DNA from: Alteromonadaceae bacterium
Lineage (GTDB): Bacteria; Pseudomonadota; Gammaproteobacteria; Enterobacterales; Alteromonadaceae
Length of the DNA stretch: 64,000 nucleotides
Assembly (NCBI GenBank): GCA_015491935.1
Contig: WGGB01000001.1
Span: 5,214-69,213 of the forward strand
Direction: 5' to 3'
The first letter of the stretch is position 1. Every line of letters begins with the position of its first letter. Positions 19,193-28,975 of the stretch are shown here, piece after piece. The notes beneath the pieces were generated by a model that ran no database searches, was not told the DNA's origin, and worked only from the letters and a program-made list of their open reading frames with translations. A program made the position numbers and the translations under genes.

Positions 19193-21469
19193 ATGCTAGA
19201 CCGTAATACTTTAGTTAAAGAAAATTTCAAAAAAAATGTATTAAATAAAAACTTTCCGCAATCGTCTTGTTCCTTAACACCCGCTGATGTCGATTTAAAC
19301 GATAGCGATGTAATTGACTTATTTGAAACACAAGTGATGAGTCGAGTACTCGATTTACAATCGCGTGTGATGCAGAAAAAAGGGCAAAGTTTTTATACTA
19401 TAGGTAGCTCAGGTCATGAAGGCAATGCCGCTTATGCTAAAGCGTTTCGCCCAACCGATATGGCATTTTTACATTATCGCAGTGGCGCTTTTGCTATTCA
19501 ACGCGGTAAGCAAGTCCCAGGTGAAACCACACTTTATGATATGTTGTTATCGTTTGCCGCTTCAAAAAACGATCCTATTTCGGGTGGTCGCCATAAAGTT
19601 TTAGGCTCTAAATCGTTATTCATACCACCACAAACTAGCACGATTGCCTCGCATTTGCCCAAAGCTGTAGGGGCAGCGTTTAGTGTACCGTTAACTAAGC
19701 GAATAAACATTACGGGTGAAATGCCTGATGACAGTGTGGTTATTTGTAACTTTGGTGATGCCTCATCAAATCATTCAACCGCGCAGGGCGCTATTAATGC
19801 GGCAGCATGGGCAGCATATCAATCAATGCCTATGCCATTAGTATTGGTTTGTGAAGATAATGGTATTGGTATTTCTACTTCTACGCCACAGGGTTGGGTT
19901 GCTGCTAATTATCAACATAGAGCAGGGCTTGAATATTTATATTGTGATGGCTTAAATATACTTGATACTTATCAAACGGCAAAACGTGCTGAACATATCG
20001 CGAGAAAACTGAAAAAACCAGTGTTTTTACATATTCGAACCGTACGTTTGTTAGGTCACGCGGGTTCTGATGCAGAATTTGTTTACCGTGAATTAAGTGC
20101 TATTGAAGCGACTGAAAAGCAAGATCCGTTATTACACACCGCGCGTATTTTAGTTGAAAATAATATTTTAACACCACAGCAAGTTGTTGATATTTATCAA
20201 AACTTAGAGCAACGGATTGCATTAATAGGGGAGCAAGCGGCGAGTCGTCCACGTTTAACCAGTGCCAGTGAAGTTAAAGCAAGTATATTACCGCAACAAA
20301 ATAAAATGGTTACTCGCGTACCTCAAAGTGATGAACAACGCGCGCAATTATTTAAACACGACAAACATAACCTCAGTAAAAAACAGCATTTAGCAAAATT
20401 AATTAACTGGACGTTACTCGATTTAATGGCTGAACGCAGCAATATTGTGCTGTGTGGTGAAGACATTGGTAAAAAAGGTGGCGTTTATAATGTAACGACT
20501 AAATTACATGAACGTTTTGGTAGTAATCGTGTGATCAATACCTTACTTGATGAACAATCTATTTTAGGGCTTGCTATTGGTATGGCACATAACGGCATTT
20601 TACCTATTCCTGAAATTCAGTTTTTAGCTTATGTGCATAATGCGGAAGATCAAATTCGTGGTGAAGCGGCAACGCTACCATTTTTCTCTAATGGTCAATA
20701 TACCAATGGTATGGTTATTCGTATTGCGGGTTTAGCTTATCAAAAAGGCTTTGGTGGTCATTTTCATAACGATAACTCTTTTGCGGTATTTCGTGATATT
20801 CCAGGGGTTATTATCGCTTGCCCATCAAACGGAGCTGATGCGGTGGATATGCTGCGTACTTGTGTACAAATGGCACAAGAGCAACAACGTGTGGTGATTT
20901 TTATCGAACCTATTGCGCTTTATATGACCCGTGATTTACTCGAAAAAGGTGATGATTTATGGGCGTTTGATTATTTACCACCAGCTCAAGCTCATCAACC
21001 ATTAAAATTAGGTTCAGTAAGTAGTGTTTATAACGGCGATTATGGTGCAAATGACGTTTGTATTATCACTTACGGCAACGGTTATTACTTATCTCGCCAA
21101 GCGCAAGCAAGATTGCAGCAACAAAATATCAATGTAAAAGTGGTTGATTTGCGTTGGTTAGCGCCACTTGATTCGAACGAAATTATGCAAGCGATTAATA
21201 GTTTTTATAAAGTATTAATTGTTGATGAGTGTCGTCAAACTGCCTCTATTAGTGAGGCGATTGTCACTATAATTAATGAGAATTGCCAAGATAAAAATCT
21301 TGCCTTACCTAAAATTAACCGCATAACCGCCGAAGATTGTTTTATTCCTTTAGGTAGTGCAGCAACCACAGTTCTACCATCAACAAATGAGATTGTTGCT
21401 ACTGTATTGGCTATGACAGCAACTCATAATAGCGATAATAAAATAACTAGCTTGTATGAGAGAGATTAA
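19193..21469 (+). CDS. TPP-dependent 2-oxoacid dehydrogenase E1 component, fused alpha-beta subunits
   Basis: 758 aa. Alpha part carries the TPP motif GDASSNHS...LVLVCEDNGIGIST. Beta part: CGEDIGKKGGVYNVTTKL..FG.NRVINTLLDEQSILGLAIGMA..G..PIPEIQFLAY. Confidence 0.85.
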   Translation: MLDRNTLVKENFKKNVLNKNFPQSSCSLTPADVDLNDSDVIDLFETQVMSRVLDLQSRVMQKKGQSFYTIGSSGHEGNAAYAKAFRPTDMAFLHYRSGAFAIQRGKQVPGETTLYDMLLSFAASKNDPISGGRHKVLGSKSLFIPPQTSTIASHLPKAVGAAFSVPLTKRINITGEMPDDSVVICNFGDASSNHSTAQGAINAAAWAAYQSMPMPLVLVCEDNGIGISTSTPQGWVAANYQHRAGLEYLYCDGLNILDTYQTAKRAEHIARKLKKPVFLHIRTVRLLGHAGSDAEFVYRELSAIEATEKQDPLLHTARILVENNILTPQQVVDIYQNLEQRIALIGEQAASRPRLTSASEVKASILPQQNKMVTRVPQSDEQRAQLFKHDKHNLSKKQHLAKLINWTLLDLMAERSNIVLCGEDIGKKGGVYNVTTKLHERFGSNRVINTLLDEQSILGLAIGMAHNGILPIPEIQFLAYVHNAEDQIRGEAATLPFFSNGQYTNGMVIRIAGLAYQKGFGGHFHNDNSFAVFRDIPGVIIACPSNGADAVDMLRTCVQMAQEQQRVVIFIEPIALYMTRDLLEKGDDLWAFDYLPPAQAHQPLKLGSVSSVYNGDYGANDVCIITYGNGYYLSRQAQARLQQQNINVKVVDLRWLAPLDSNEIMQAINSFYKVLIVDECRQTASISEAIVTIINENCQDKNLALPKINRITAEDCFIPLGSAATTVLPSTNEIVATVLAMTATHNSDNKITSLYERD

Positions 21470-21472
21470 CCC

Positions 21473-22540
21473 ATGACGAATCCTGCAATAAAGGGTACTA
21501 ATAAACAAAAACAGCGAGCTGTGGTTATTTGCCCGGGTCGTGGTACTTATAATAAAGATGAACTCGGTTATTTTCACCGCTTTCATAGCGACAAGACTAA
21601 TATTTTGTCGATTATTGATGCTCACCGAAGTAAACAAAACCAAGTAACAGTGAAAGAACTCGATAAAATGCCTAATTATAATATGCGTTTGCATACCTCA
21701 GGTGAAAATGCCTCATCATTAATTTATGCTTGCTCAAAAGGTGATTTTGAAGCAATAGATAAAGATGAATACGACATTGTTGCAGTTACGGGTAACTCTA
21801 TGGGCTGGTACATAGCACTTGCTGTAGCTGGTGCGCTTGATGAGCAAGGCGCTATTGAACTCATTAATACCATGGGTTCAATGATGAAAAATGGCGTGAT
21901 CGGCGGGCAAATTATTTATCCTATTGTAGATGATAATTGGTGTGAAGATACCGCTAAAATTGCTCATGTCACTGAGGTAATGCAAGTTGTTAACGAGCTT
22001 GATAATTGTGAAGTTTATACGTCTATTAAGCTCGGTGGCTTTATTGTTATGGGTGGCAATAAAGCGGGTTTAAAGCAGCTTGAACAGCGCCTTGAAAATA
22101 TTGATGATAGATATCCGATGAATTTATTTAATCATGCTGCATTTCATACGCCACTATTAACTGAAACCGCAAAACAAGCCAAACAATTATTAAGTAAAGA
22201 TTTATTTAAGCAACCTAAAATACCGTTAATCGATGGACAAGGTAAAATTTGGCAACATTATAGTACTGATACGGATAAATTGTGGGAATACACTTTAGGT
22301 CGACAAGTAGACGATTATTATGATTTTACTAAAGCGATTGAAGTAGCCGTGAAAGAATTTGCACCAGATAAACTCATTATTTTAGGCCCAGGCATAACAT
22401 TAGGTGGTGCAACAGGACAAAGTTTAATTAAGCATAATTGGCAAAATATGGCTTGTAAGCAAGATTTTATTCGCCAACAAAAAGACAAACCTTTTGTTTT
22501 AGCGATGGGAATGGATGAACAAAGAGCTTGGGTTGTGTAA
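21473..22540 (+). CDS. FabD-like (malonyl-CoA:ACP transacylase superfamily) acyltransferase
   Basis: 355 aa. Nucleophile elbow GNSMGWYIA (GxSxG) and downstream NHAAFHTPLL (FabD-type His). The start lies 3 nt after the E1 stop, suggesting translational coupling. Confidence 0.7.
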   Translation: MTNPAIKGTNKQKQRAVVICPGRGTYNKDELGYFHRFHSDKTNILSIIDAHRSKQNQVTVKELDKMPNYNMRLHTSGENASSLIYACSKGDFEAIDKDEYDIVAVTGNSMGWYIALAVAGALDEQGAIELINTMGSMMKNGVIGGQIIYPIVDDNWCEDTAKIAHVTEVMQVVNELDNCEVYTSIKLGGFIVMGGNKAGLKQLEQRLENIDDRYPMNLFNHAAFHTPLLTETAKQAKQLLSKDLFKQPKIPLIDGQGKIWQHYSTDTDKLWEYTLGRQVDDYYDFTKAIEVAVKEFAPDKLIILGPGITLGGATGQSLIKHNWQNMACKQDFIRQQKDKPFVLAMGMDEQRAWVV

Positions 22541-22564
22541 CTTTTCTATGGTAATTTATGTAAA

Positions 22565-22589
22565 CAAAGCCATCATTAAAACGGCTTTG
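22565..22589 (+). terminator. Candidate terminator after the gcdH-E1-acyltransferase operon
   Basis: caaagcc (22565-22571) pairs with ggctttg (22583-22589), followed by tt. The T-tract is weak. Confidence 0.45.
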
Positions 22590-22725
22590 TTAATATAGGT
22601 TTTAATCATCTCAGATTCAATTTATCGCCGCTTGCGGCGTAAAGCTTTTTAAACTTAACATAATAAGATACCACTATTCGCGTAGCGAATTTGAGCTAAA
22701 GCGAAAAGCCTTGGCGCGAGATAAT

Positions 22726-23334
22726 TCATTTCTGGTGTAAGTTCAGCAAATAGATAGCACTAAAAAACAAACCACCTATAGCTCCCCATAAATGAGCGTC
22801 TACCGCAACATTAGCTCCAATTAAGTTAATAACATCACTACTGGCACCATAAATTTGCTCATGTGCTATTTTTAACCAAACACCGATAAACAATAGATAG
22901 CCCGTTTTATCACCTTGTTTAATATCCATAACAGCACCAAATACAAAAACACCGTGCAATACGCCAGATAAGCCGACATATTCTTGTAATTCACTGTCGA
23001 AAAAGAATAAGCCTAAACTACAACTTAATGCTGAAAACAAAAATAACCCAGCATAGTTTTTAACAGTGTAAAAATGACCATGTAATGCCCAAAGCATTAT
23101 TAGAGCCGCTAAATTAAGTAATAAATGGTTTAAGTTGGTATGAAAAAAATGTCCAGTTAATAAACGCCACCATTGCCCATTGGCTATTAAATTGCGATTA
23201 TAAACAAATAAGTCACTTAAATGATCATTAAAAACAAAAGCGAAAAGGGCAAGTAACATTATAAATGAAGGAACAAGTAAAGCTTGCACTGATATGGGCC
23301 AAGTGCGTTTAATGGTTAAAGGCATATTTTTCAA
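22726..23334 (-). CDS. rrtA: Rhombosortase (rhomboid-family intramembrane serine protease)
   Basis: 202 aa. WWRLLTGHFFHTNLNHLLLNL, GLSGVLHGVF (catalytic Ser) and a C-terminal AHLWGAIGG (His), in a six-TM small rhomboid. Confidence 0.8.
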   Translation of the reverse strand: MKNMPLTIKRTWPISVQALLVPSFIMLLALFAFVFNDHLSDLFVYNRNLIANGQWWRLLTGHFFHTNLNHLLLNLAALIMLWALHGHFYTVKNYAGLFLFSALSCSLGLFFFDSELQEYVGLSGVLHGVFVFGAVMDIKQGDKTGYLLFIGVWLKIAHEQIYGASSDVINLIGANVAVDAHLWGAIGGLFFSAIYLLNLHQK

Positions 23335-23568
23335 TAATGTATAATGTATAATGTAAAAAGTGATATAACTAGATAATACCTTAATAAATAAAAAAGAGTA
23401 ACCTCTAGTATTTGCTTTCAGTAATTATCGGTGATTGAGCATTTACTGAGTCCAAATTTCCCCTATTGTCATTTTTCAGCTTTTTCTTGCATTCCCTTTA
23501 ATGTTAATATTTATTAGCAGGCACAAGTCAAGCTAGACATTCAAGTCTATTATTTCATTTTTATCTTT

Positions 23569-23784
23569 TTAATGATTTTTCGTGGCGCCCACCTCATAGT
23601 TGTCAGGATGTAGTATTAAATCCATTAACTGAGCCCTATCCACTACAATAATCATGGATTGGTTTGATATTAAAGCATCACCACAAATTATAAATTTTTT
23701 TCTCGGGTGAGCAGCGCGTAAATTAGCAATAAAATGTTTGCTGGCATTAAGGTCACAGTCTTGCTTTTTTATGCCATCTTCACT
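23569..23784 (-). pseudogene. Start-less remnant of a DDE transposase-like gene
   Basis: A 71-codon minus-strand frame with no start codon and stops just upstream: SEDGIKKQDCDLNASKHFIANLRAAHPRKKFIICGDALISNQSMIIVVDRAQLMDLILHPDNYEVGATKNH*. The DG.KKQDC..A.....LR..HP.....I.GD.L.S.Q..I pattern resembles IS4/ISKra4-type transposases from memory. Not verified. Confidence 0.4.
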
Positions 23785-23803
23785 TTATTTTTAGTGTGAA
23801 TTA

Positions 23804-24439
23804 TCACGAATCAATTTTATCTTTAAACTCACATAGGTCTTCAATTATACAACTACCACATTTGGGTTTACGGGCTATACAGATATAACGACCATGTAAA
23901 ATAAGCCAATGATGAACATCAACTTTAAATTCTTTTGGCACTACTTTTTCAAGTTTCGCTTCCACTTTATCAACGTCTTTGCCCATGGCGAACTTAGTAC
24001 GGTTAGATACACGGAATATATGCGTATCGACAGCAATTGTAGGCCAGCCAAAGGCAGTATTAAGAACAACATTAGCCGTTTTACGTCCTACGCCAGGTAG
24101 GGCCTCTAAAGCGGCTCTATTTTCTGGAACTTCTCCACCATGTAAGTCAATCAACATTTGGCAAGTTTTAATGGTATTAACTGCTTTGGTGTTAAATAAG
24201 CCAATAGTTTTAATATAAAATTTTAAACCATCGATTCCTAAATCAAGTATTGCTTGTGGGGTATTGGCAACAGGGTAAAGTTTAGCCGTTGCTTTGTTAA
24301 CACTAACATCAGTGGCTTGTGCAGATAAAAGTACGGCAATAAGCAACTCAAAGGATGATGAAAAGTTTAGCTCAGTTGTTGGGTGGGGATTGTTATCACG
24401 CAAGCGTGTTAATATTTCAAGGCGTTTGGCTTTATTCAT
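23804..24439 (-). CDS. nth: Endonuclease III
   Basis: 211 aa. HhH-GPD (LPGVGRKTANVVL, VDTHIFRV) and a C-terminal 4Fe-4S cluster loop (CIARKPKCGSCIIEDLC). Directly downstream of rnfE as in E. coli. Confidence 0.95.
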   Translation of the reverse strand: MNKAKRLEILTRLRDNNPHPTTELNFSSSFELLIAVLLSAQATDVSVNKATAKLYPVANTPQAILDLGIDGLKFYIKTIGLFNTKAVNTIKTCQMLIDLHGGEVPENRAALEALPGVGRKTANVVLNTAFGWPTIAVDTHIFRVSNRTKFAMGKDVDKVEAKLEKVVPKEFKVDVHHWLILHGRYICIARKPKCGSCIIEDLCEFKDKIDS

Positions 24440-24481
24440 GGTATTATTTTATTAAATTTATTAAAGTGATTTAATGAGAAA

Positions 24482-25192
24482 CTATTGTGCATCAAAATTA
24501 ACACGCATTCGCTCAATAGTTTTTTCTTCCACTTTTGGTTTACGAGTAGCAACTTTTGCATCAATATAGTTTTTTCCTGCGATTAAAAAACCTAATGTAA
24601 AAAAAGCACCGGGTGGTAAAATAGCCAATAAAAATTTATTATCAAAATGAAAAACTTCAATTTTTAATGAGCTTGCCCAATCACCTAAGAGTAATTGAGC
24701 GCCATCAAACAAGGTACCTTGTCCTAATATTTCACGAATACCACCAAGCACTAACAATAAAAGCGCAAAACCTAATCCCATCATCAAGCCATCAAAAAAG
24801 GCTTTTTTAACAGGGTTTTTAGACGCATAAGCTTCTGCTCGGCCAATAATAGTGCAGTTAGTAACAATAAGCGGTAGAAAAATACCTAAAGATTGGTATA
24901 AGCCATAAGTAAAAGCATTCATCAATAGTTGAACACAAGTTACAAAGGCAGCAATAATCATAACAAAAATAGGAATACGAATTTCTTTAGGGACCCACTG
25001 ACGGACTAAAGAGACGGTAACATTAGAGCCAATTAGCACTAACATTGTTGCTAAACCTAAACCTAAAGCATTGGTAATGGTTGACGTTACAGCAAGTAAA
25101 GGGCATAAACCTAAAATTTGTACTAATCCTGGATTATTTTTCCATAAACCTTGCCAAGCTATTTCTTTGTATTCTGTATTAAGTAAGCTCAT
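24482..25192 (-). CDS. rnfE: Rnf/Rsx electron transport complex subunit E
   Basis: 236 aa polytopic protein. [21 protein letters not shown] is paralogous to RnfA. Operon position. Confidence 0.93.
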   Translation of the reverse strand: MSLLNTEYKEIAWQGLWKNNPGLVQILGLCPLLAVTSTITNALGLGLATMLVLIGSNVTVSLVRQWVPKEIRIPIFVMIIAAFVTCVQLLMNAFTYGLYQSLGIFLPLIVTNCTIIGRAEAYASKNPVKKAFFDGLMMGLGFALLLLVLGGIREILGQGTLFDGAQLLLGDWASSLKIEVFHFDNKFLLAILPPGAFFTLGFLIAGKNYIDAKVATRKPKVEEKTIERMRVNFDAQ

Positions 25193-25821
25193 GAATTACC
25201 TCGACAATTAGCCTTTTGGTTAAAGAGTTCTTGTTTATGTTGTTTGAAATAACGAGCCGTTTTCTTTACCGCTTTAACAACGGCTCTGGGGGTGATGGTT
25301 GCGCCTGTAAATTGATCAAATATACCACCATCTTTAGCAACGTGCCATTGACTATCTTTTTCGGCTGGAATTTTTTTATCATTAAAAGAGAGTATCCATG
25401 GACTTTTTCGTTCGTCTATATTATCACCTAATCCTGGTGTTTCTTGATGTTCTAATACTCTTACACCACTGATCGTATCGTTCATATTTAATGCGACAAT
25501 TAACTCAATATTACCATTATAACCATCAGGAGCAATGGTGGTTATAGCTGCTGCAACTGGTTTATCATTATATTTAGCTAAATAAACTTTTTGTGGTGTT
25601 ACTGTACCGAGTTCTGCATTGGTGATAGTTAAACAATCTTGATAAATATTATTATTTAATCGTTCAGGAGCAATAATACTATGTAAAATATTTAATAAAT
25701 GTTGTTGCTTTTGAATAGCAATTCTATTTTTAGTCGTTTCGTGTACTATGCCAACAATAGCGGTGCAAACAATGGCAAAAAGTGCTAAAACGCGACTGTT
25801 TTTTTGAATACTTATATTCAT
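25189..25821 (-). CDS. rnfG: Rnf complex subunit G (FMN-binding)
   Basis: 210 aa with an N-terminal anchor. HQETPGLGD and the [17 protein letters not shown]-attachment motif. 4-nt overlap with rnfE. Confidence 0.92.
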   Translation of the reverse strand: MNISIQKNSRVLALFAIVCTAIVGIVHETTKNRIAIQKQQHLLNILHSIIAPERLNNNIYQDCLTITNAELGTVTPQKVYLAKYNDKPVAAAITTIAPDGYNGNIELIVALNMNDTISGVRVLEHQETPGLGDNIDERKSPWILSFNDKKIPAEKDSQWHVAKDGGIFDQFTGATITPRAVVKAVKKTARYFKQHKQELFNQKANCRGNS

Positions 25822-26912
25822 TAAGTCAGCTCCTTCGTGGTATTATTTGAATTTATTTGGCCATAAGTACGAGGTTTCGTGTATAAGTCAATTAAAGGAG
25901 CGGCCATATTACAAAGTAGTACAGCAAAAGCTACCCCATCAGGATAGCCACCTAAGTGACGAATAATGACGAAAATAAAACCAGCAAGCGCTCCAAAGAC
26001 TAAGCGACCTTTAACACTCGTTGCACCTGATACGGGATCAGTTAAAATAAAAAATGCACCTAACATGGTACCACCCGATAACCAGTGAAACATTGTTGGT
26101 GCATTCATGCCAGGGTTTATTGTATAAGCAATAAAAGTAAAAATTAAAATGCTTAATAAAAAGCTAACAGGAGTTGACCAATGAATAGCCTTTTTGGCAA
26201 GTAAAAACAATCCTCCAGCTAAAAAACCTAAGTTGATCCATTCCCAACCTAAAGCAAAATTTTCACCAAAAACCATATTTTTTCGGCTTTCATCAATAGT
26301 TAAACCTAATGTTAAATTAGTTTTTAAAGTATCTAATGGAGTTGCCATTGTGTAGCCATCAATGTGGGTACGTAATTGTGCAACAGAATAACCTTCATTC
26401 GTGTAGCCAGTTAAAATAGTAGATAAAGTGTTGGCAAAATCTAAATGAGTAGACATTAATGATAATGGCGGTTGCCAGTTAGTCATTTGTACAGGAAATG
26501 AAACAAGTAGTAAAACATAAGCTGCCATTGCTGGATTAAAAGGATTATGTCCTAAGCCACCATATAACTGTTTAACGACTAAAATTGCAAATACAGCACC
26601 TATAACAATGATCCACCATGGTGCCAGTGCAGGTACAGCAATACCAAGTAATACTGCGGTTAATATAGCACTGCCATCGAATAATTGATGCTTGATAGCT
26701 TTTCCATTAGGTTTTTCACGTAATGACAGTACAGTAAATTCGGTTAGTAAAGCGCAACAAACAGCGATACTAATTTGAATTAAATTACCCCAACCAAAGA
26801 AGTACCATTGGGCAAATACACCTGGAATTGTAGCGTAAATAACTAAACGCATTAATTGTGAGGTTTTATTACGATTATGTTCATGCGGAGAGCTAGCGAT
26901 AAAAAAGGCCAT
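25821..26912 (-). CDS. rnfD: Rnf complex subunit D
   Basis: 363 aa polytopic, NqrB/RnfD family (SSPH...GGLGHNPFNPAM, TDPVSGATS FMN site). Confidence 0.93.
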   Translation of the reverse strand: MAFFIASSPHEHNRNKTSQLMRLVIYATIPGVFAQWYFFGWGNLIQISIAVCCALLTEFTVLSLREKPNGKAIKHQLFDGSAILTAVLLGIAVPALAPWWIIVIGAVFAILVVKQLYGGLGHNPFNPAMAAYVLLLVSFPVQMTNWQPPLSLMSTHLDFANTLSTILTGYTNEGYSVAQLRTHIDGYTMATPLDTLKTNLTLGLTIDESRKNMVFGENFALGWEWINLGFLAGGLFLLAKKAIHWSTPVSFLLSILIFTFIAYTINPGMNAPTMFHWLSGGTMLGAFFILTDPVSGATSVKGRLVFGALAGFIFVIIRHLGGYPDGVAFAVLLCNMAAPLIDLYTKPRTYGQINSNNTTKELT

Positions 26913-26914
26913 AT

Positions 26915-28975
26915 TTAAGAAGACTCTTTTGATTGGTTATTTTTAGATTCAGTAGATTGCTGTTGTTTTTTAGCCTTGGCTTTAGCCACTGCTACGGCAA
27001 TACGTTGTTTTTTGGCATTAATATCATCAGTATTATTTTGATTGTTAATATCATTATCAATGCTATTTAAATTAGAGTCAGTATGGTGAGTTGAACTATT
27101 CTCAGCTGCTTTTTTCGCTTTAGCTTTAGCTACCGCTAATGCTATTTTTTCAGCTTTAGTTAATACTTTTTCTTTAGTTGCAGTCTCGTTATTATTATCA
27201 TTACTGTTTTGTTTTTTTGTATTTGGTTTAGTTGTCTCTGTATTGCTGCTTGTTATTGAGTCGAGTACCTCTTGGTCATCAGCATTTTTTTCTTTTGTTA
27301 ACCTATCACTCGTTTTTGCTGTGGTCGTTTTATTTGTTGCTATACCATCTTTAGCTTGTTTTTTAGCTTTAGCCCTTGCTATTGCTGCGCTAACTTGTGA
27401 TTTTTTATCATTGTTGTCATCACTTGCTTGAGCTTTTTTTGCTTTAGCACGAGCTAATGCTGCGGCAACGGCTGACTTAGCGTCTTTTGCTTGAGCGGTA
27501 TTACTATTCATTGCTGCTTTTCTAGCTTCAGCTGCTTTTCGATGCTTTTCTTCGCGTTTAATTTTTTCTTGTGCTAGTCGCTGTTTACGAGCTTCAAAAC
27601 GTGCTTTTGCTTTTTCTGCTTTTAAATCTTGTTGTTGTTGCTGTCTAATTTCAGCTTTCGCAATACGATAATAATGTACGAGAGGAATTTGGCTAGGACA
27701 AACATAAGCACAAGCTCCACATTCGATGCAGTCAAATAAATTAAATTTTTGTAATTGGTCATGATCTTTAGCTTTTGCAAACCATTGCAATTCTTGTGGT
27801 AATAATTGGCTAGGGCAAACGTCTGCGCATTGACCACAACGAATACAGTCAACTTCATTATTATCTTTAGGAATTTCTTTTGTGCTTGGGGCTAAAATAC
27901 AATTACTTGTTTTGGTAATACTTATATCAATTGAAGGTAAGCTAAAGCCCATCATAGGGCCGCCCATGATCAAATGTTCAGGCGATTGTTTTTGGTATCC
28001 ACATTGAGTAAGTAAATGTTTTATCGGGGTGCCGAGTAAAGCCCACACATTTTGAGGTTTTTCTAGCGCTTTACCTGTAACAGTTACCACACGGCGGATC
28101 AATGGAATATCGTTGATCACAGCATCCGCTACTGCAAAACAGGTTGCTACATTTTGTACTACTATACCTAATGCACTAGGTAATCCACCTTGTGGAACTT
28201 CTAAACCTGTTAATCGGGTAATAAGCTGTTTTTCACCGCCTGTTGGATATATGGTTGGTATAACGCATACATGAAAATTATCGAGTGATCCCGTTACTTT
28301 TTTTAAGGCTTTAATTGCTTCTGGCTTATTATCTTCAATAGCAATTAATATTTGTTCAGCCGATAAAACTTTATTTAATATTTTTATGCCATCAACTATT
28401 TCACTGCTATGCTCTCTCATTAATAAATCATCGGCAGTAATATAAGGTTCACATTCAGCAGCATTAATGATTAGAAATTTAGTGGCTACTTTAGTATTAA
28501 TTTTTACATTAGTTGGGAAGCCAGCACCGCCCATTCCCGCAATACCAGCATTTGTTATTTTGGTTAATATTTCTTGAGCGCTTAATTGTTTATAATCTTG
28601 ACAGATATGACGTGCTACCCATTCCTCTTTTTCATCAGGCTTTATAAATATACATAATTCACTTAAACCAGAAGGGTGAGCCACAAGGGTATTTTTTATT
28701 TCAGTAATGATCCCACTTGTTGGTGCATGAATAGGCACTGCCATTGGATGTGGACTATTCGTTAGTGGTTGCCCCTTGAGAACATTATCACCTACATTAA
28801 CTTGTATATCACCTTTTTGACCAATATGTTGCTTTAATGGAAGCACGAGTACTTTAGGCAAAGGTAGATTGCGAATAGGTTTATGCATAGTCAAAAATTT
28901 TTGCTCTGGTGGATGAATACCACCATGAAATTTCCACCAGCGACCTTGTTTAATTCTTGCTAGTATAGATCCCAT
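26915..28975 (-). CDS. rnfC: Rnf complex subunit C with long Lys/Ala-rich C-terminal tail
   Basis: 686 aa. GMGGAGFPT, two CxxCxxCxxxCP ferredoxin motifs (CIRCGQCADVCP, CIECGACAYVCP). The tail carries four A(L/I/V)A(R/K)AKAKK repeats. Confidence 0.93.
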   Translation of the reverse strand: MGSILARIKQGRWWKFHGGIHPPEQKFLTMHKPIRNLPLPKVLVLPLKQHIGQKGDIQVNVGDNVLKGQPLTNSPHPMAVPIHAPTSGIITEIKNTLVAHPSGLSELCIFIKPDEKEEWVARHICQDYKQLSAQEILTKITNAGIAGMGGAGFPTNVKINTKVATKFLIINAAECEPYITADDLLMREHSSEIVDGIKILNKVLSAEQILIAIEDNKPEAIKALKKVTGSLDNFHVCVIPTIYPTGGEKQLITRLTGLEVPQGGLPSALGIVVQNVATCFAVADAVINDIPLIRRVVTVTGKALEKPQNVWALLGTPIKHLLTQCGYQKQSPEHLIMGGPMMGFSLPSIDISITKTSNCILAPSTKEIPKDNNEVDCIRCGQCADVCPSQLLPQELQWFAKAKDHDQLQKFNLFDCIECGACAYVCPSQIPLVHYYRIAKAEIRQQQQQDLKAEKAKARFEARKQRLAQEKIKREEKHRKAAEARKAAMNSNTAQAKDAKSAVAAALARAKAKKAQASDDNNDKKSQVSAAIARAKAKKQAKDGIATNKTTTAKTSDRLTKEKNADDQEVLDSITSSNTETTKPNTKKQNSNDNNNETATKEKVLTKAEKIALAVAKAKAKKAAENSSTHHTDSNLNSIDNDINNQNNTDDINAKKQRIAVAVAKAKAKKQQQSTESKNNQSKESS

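Noticed and set aside
22726-23334. Looked for GlyGly-CTERM substrate genes next to the rhombosortase.
   Set aside because: None of the neighbouring ORFs ends in a Gly-Gly/TM/basic-tail sorting signal. Rhombosortase genes are often unlinked to their substrates, so this is not anomalous.
26960-27480. Repetitive DNA that might have been a tandem-repeat locus or a CRISPR-like array.
   Set aside because: The repeats are in frame within rnfC and encode its Lys/Ala-rich tail, and their spacing is irregular.
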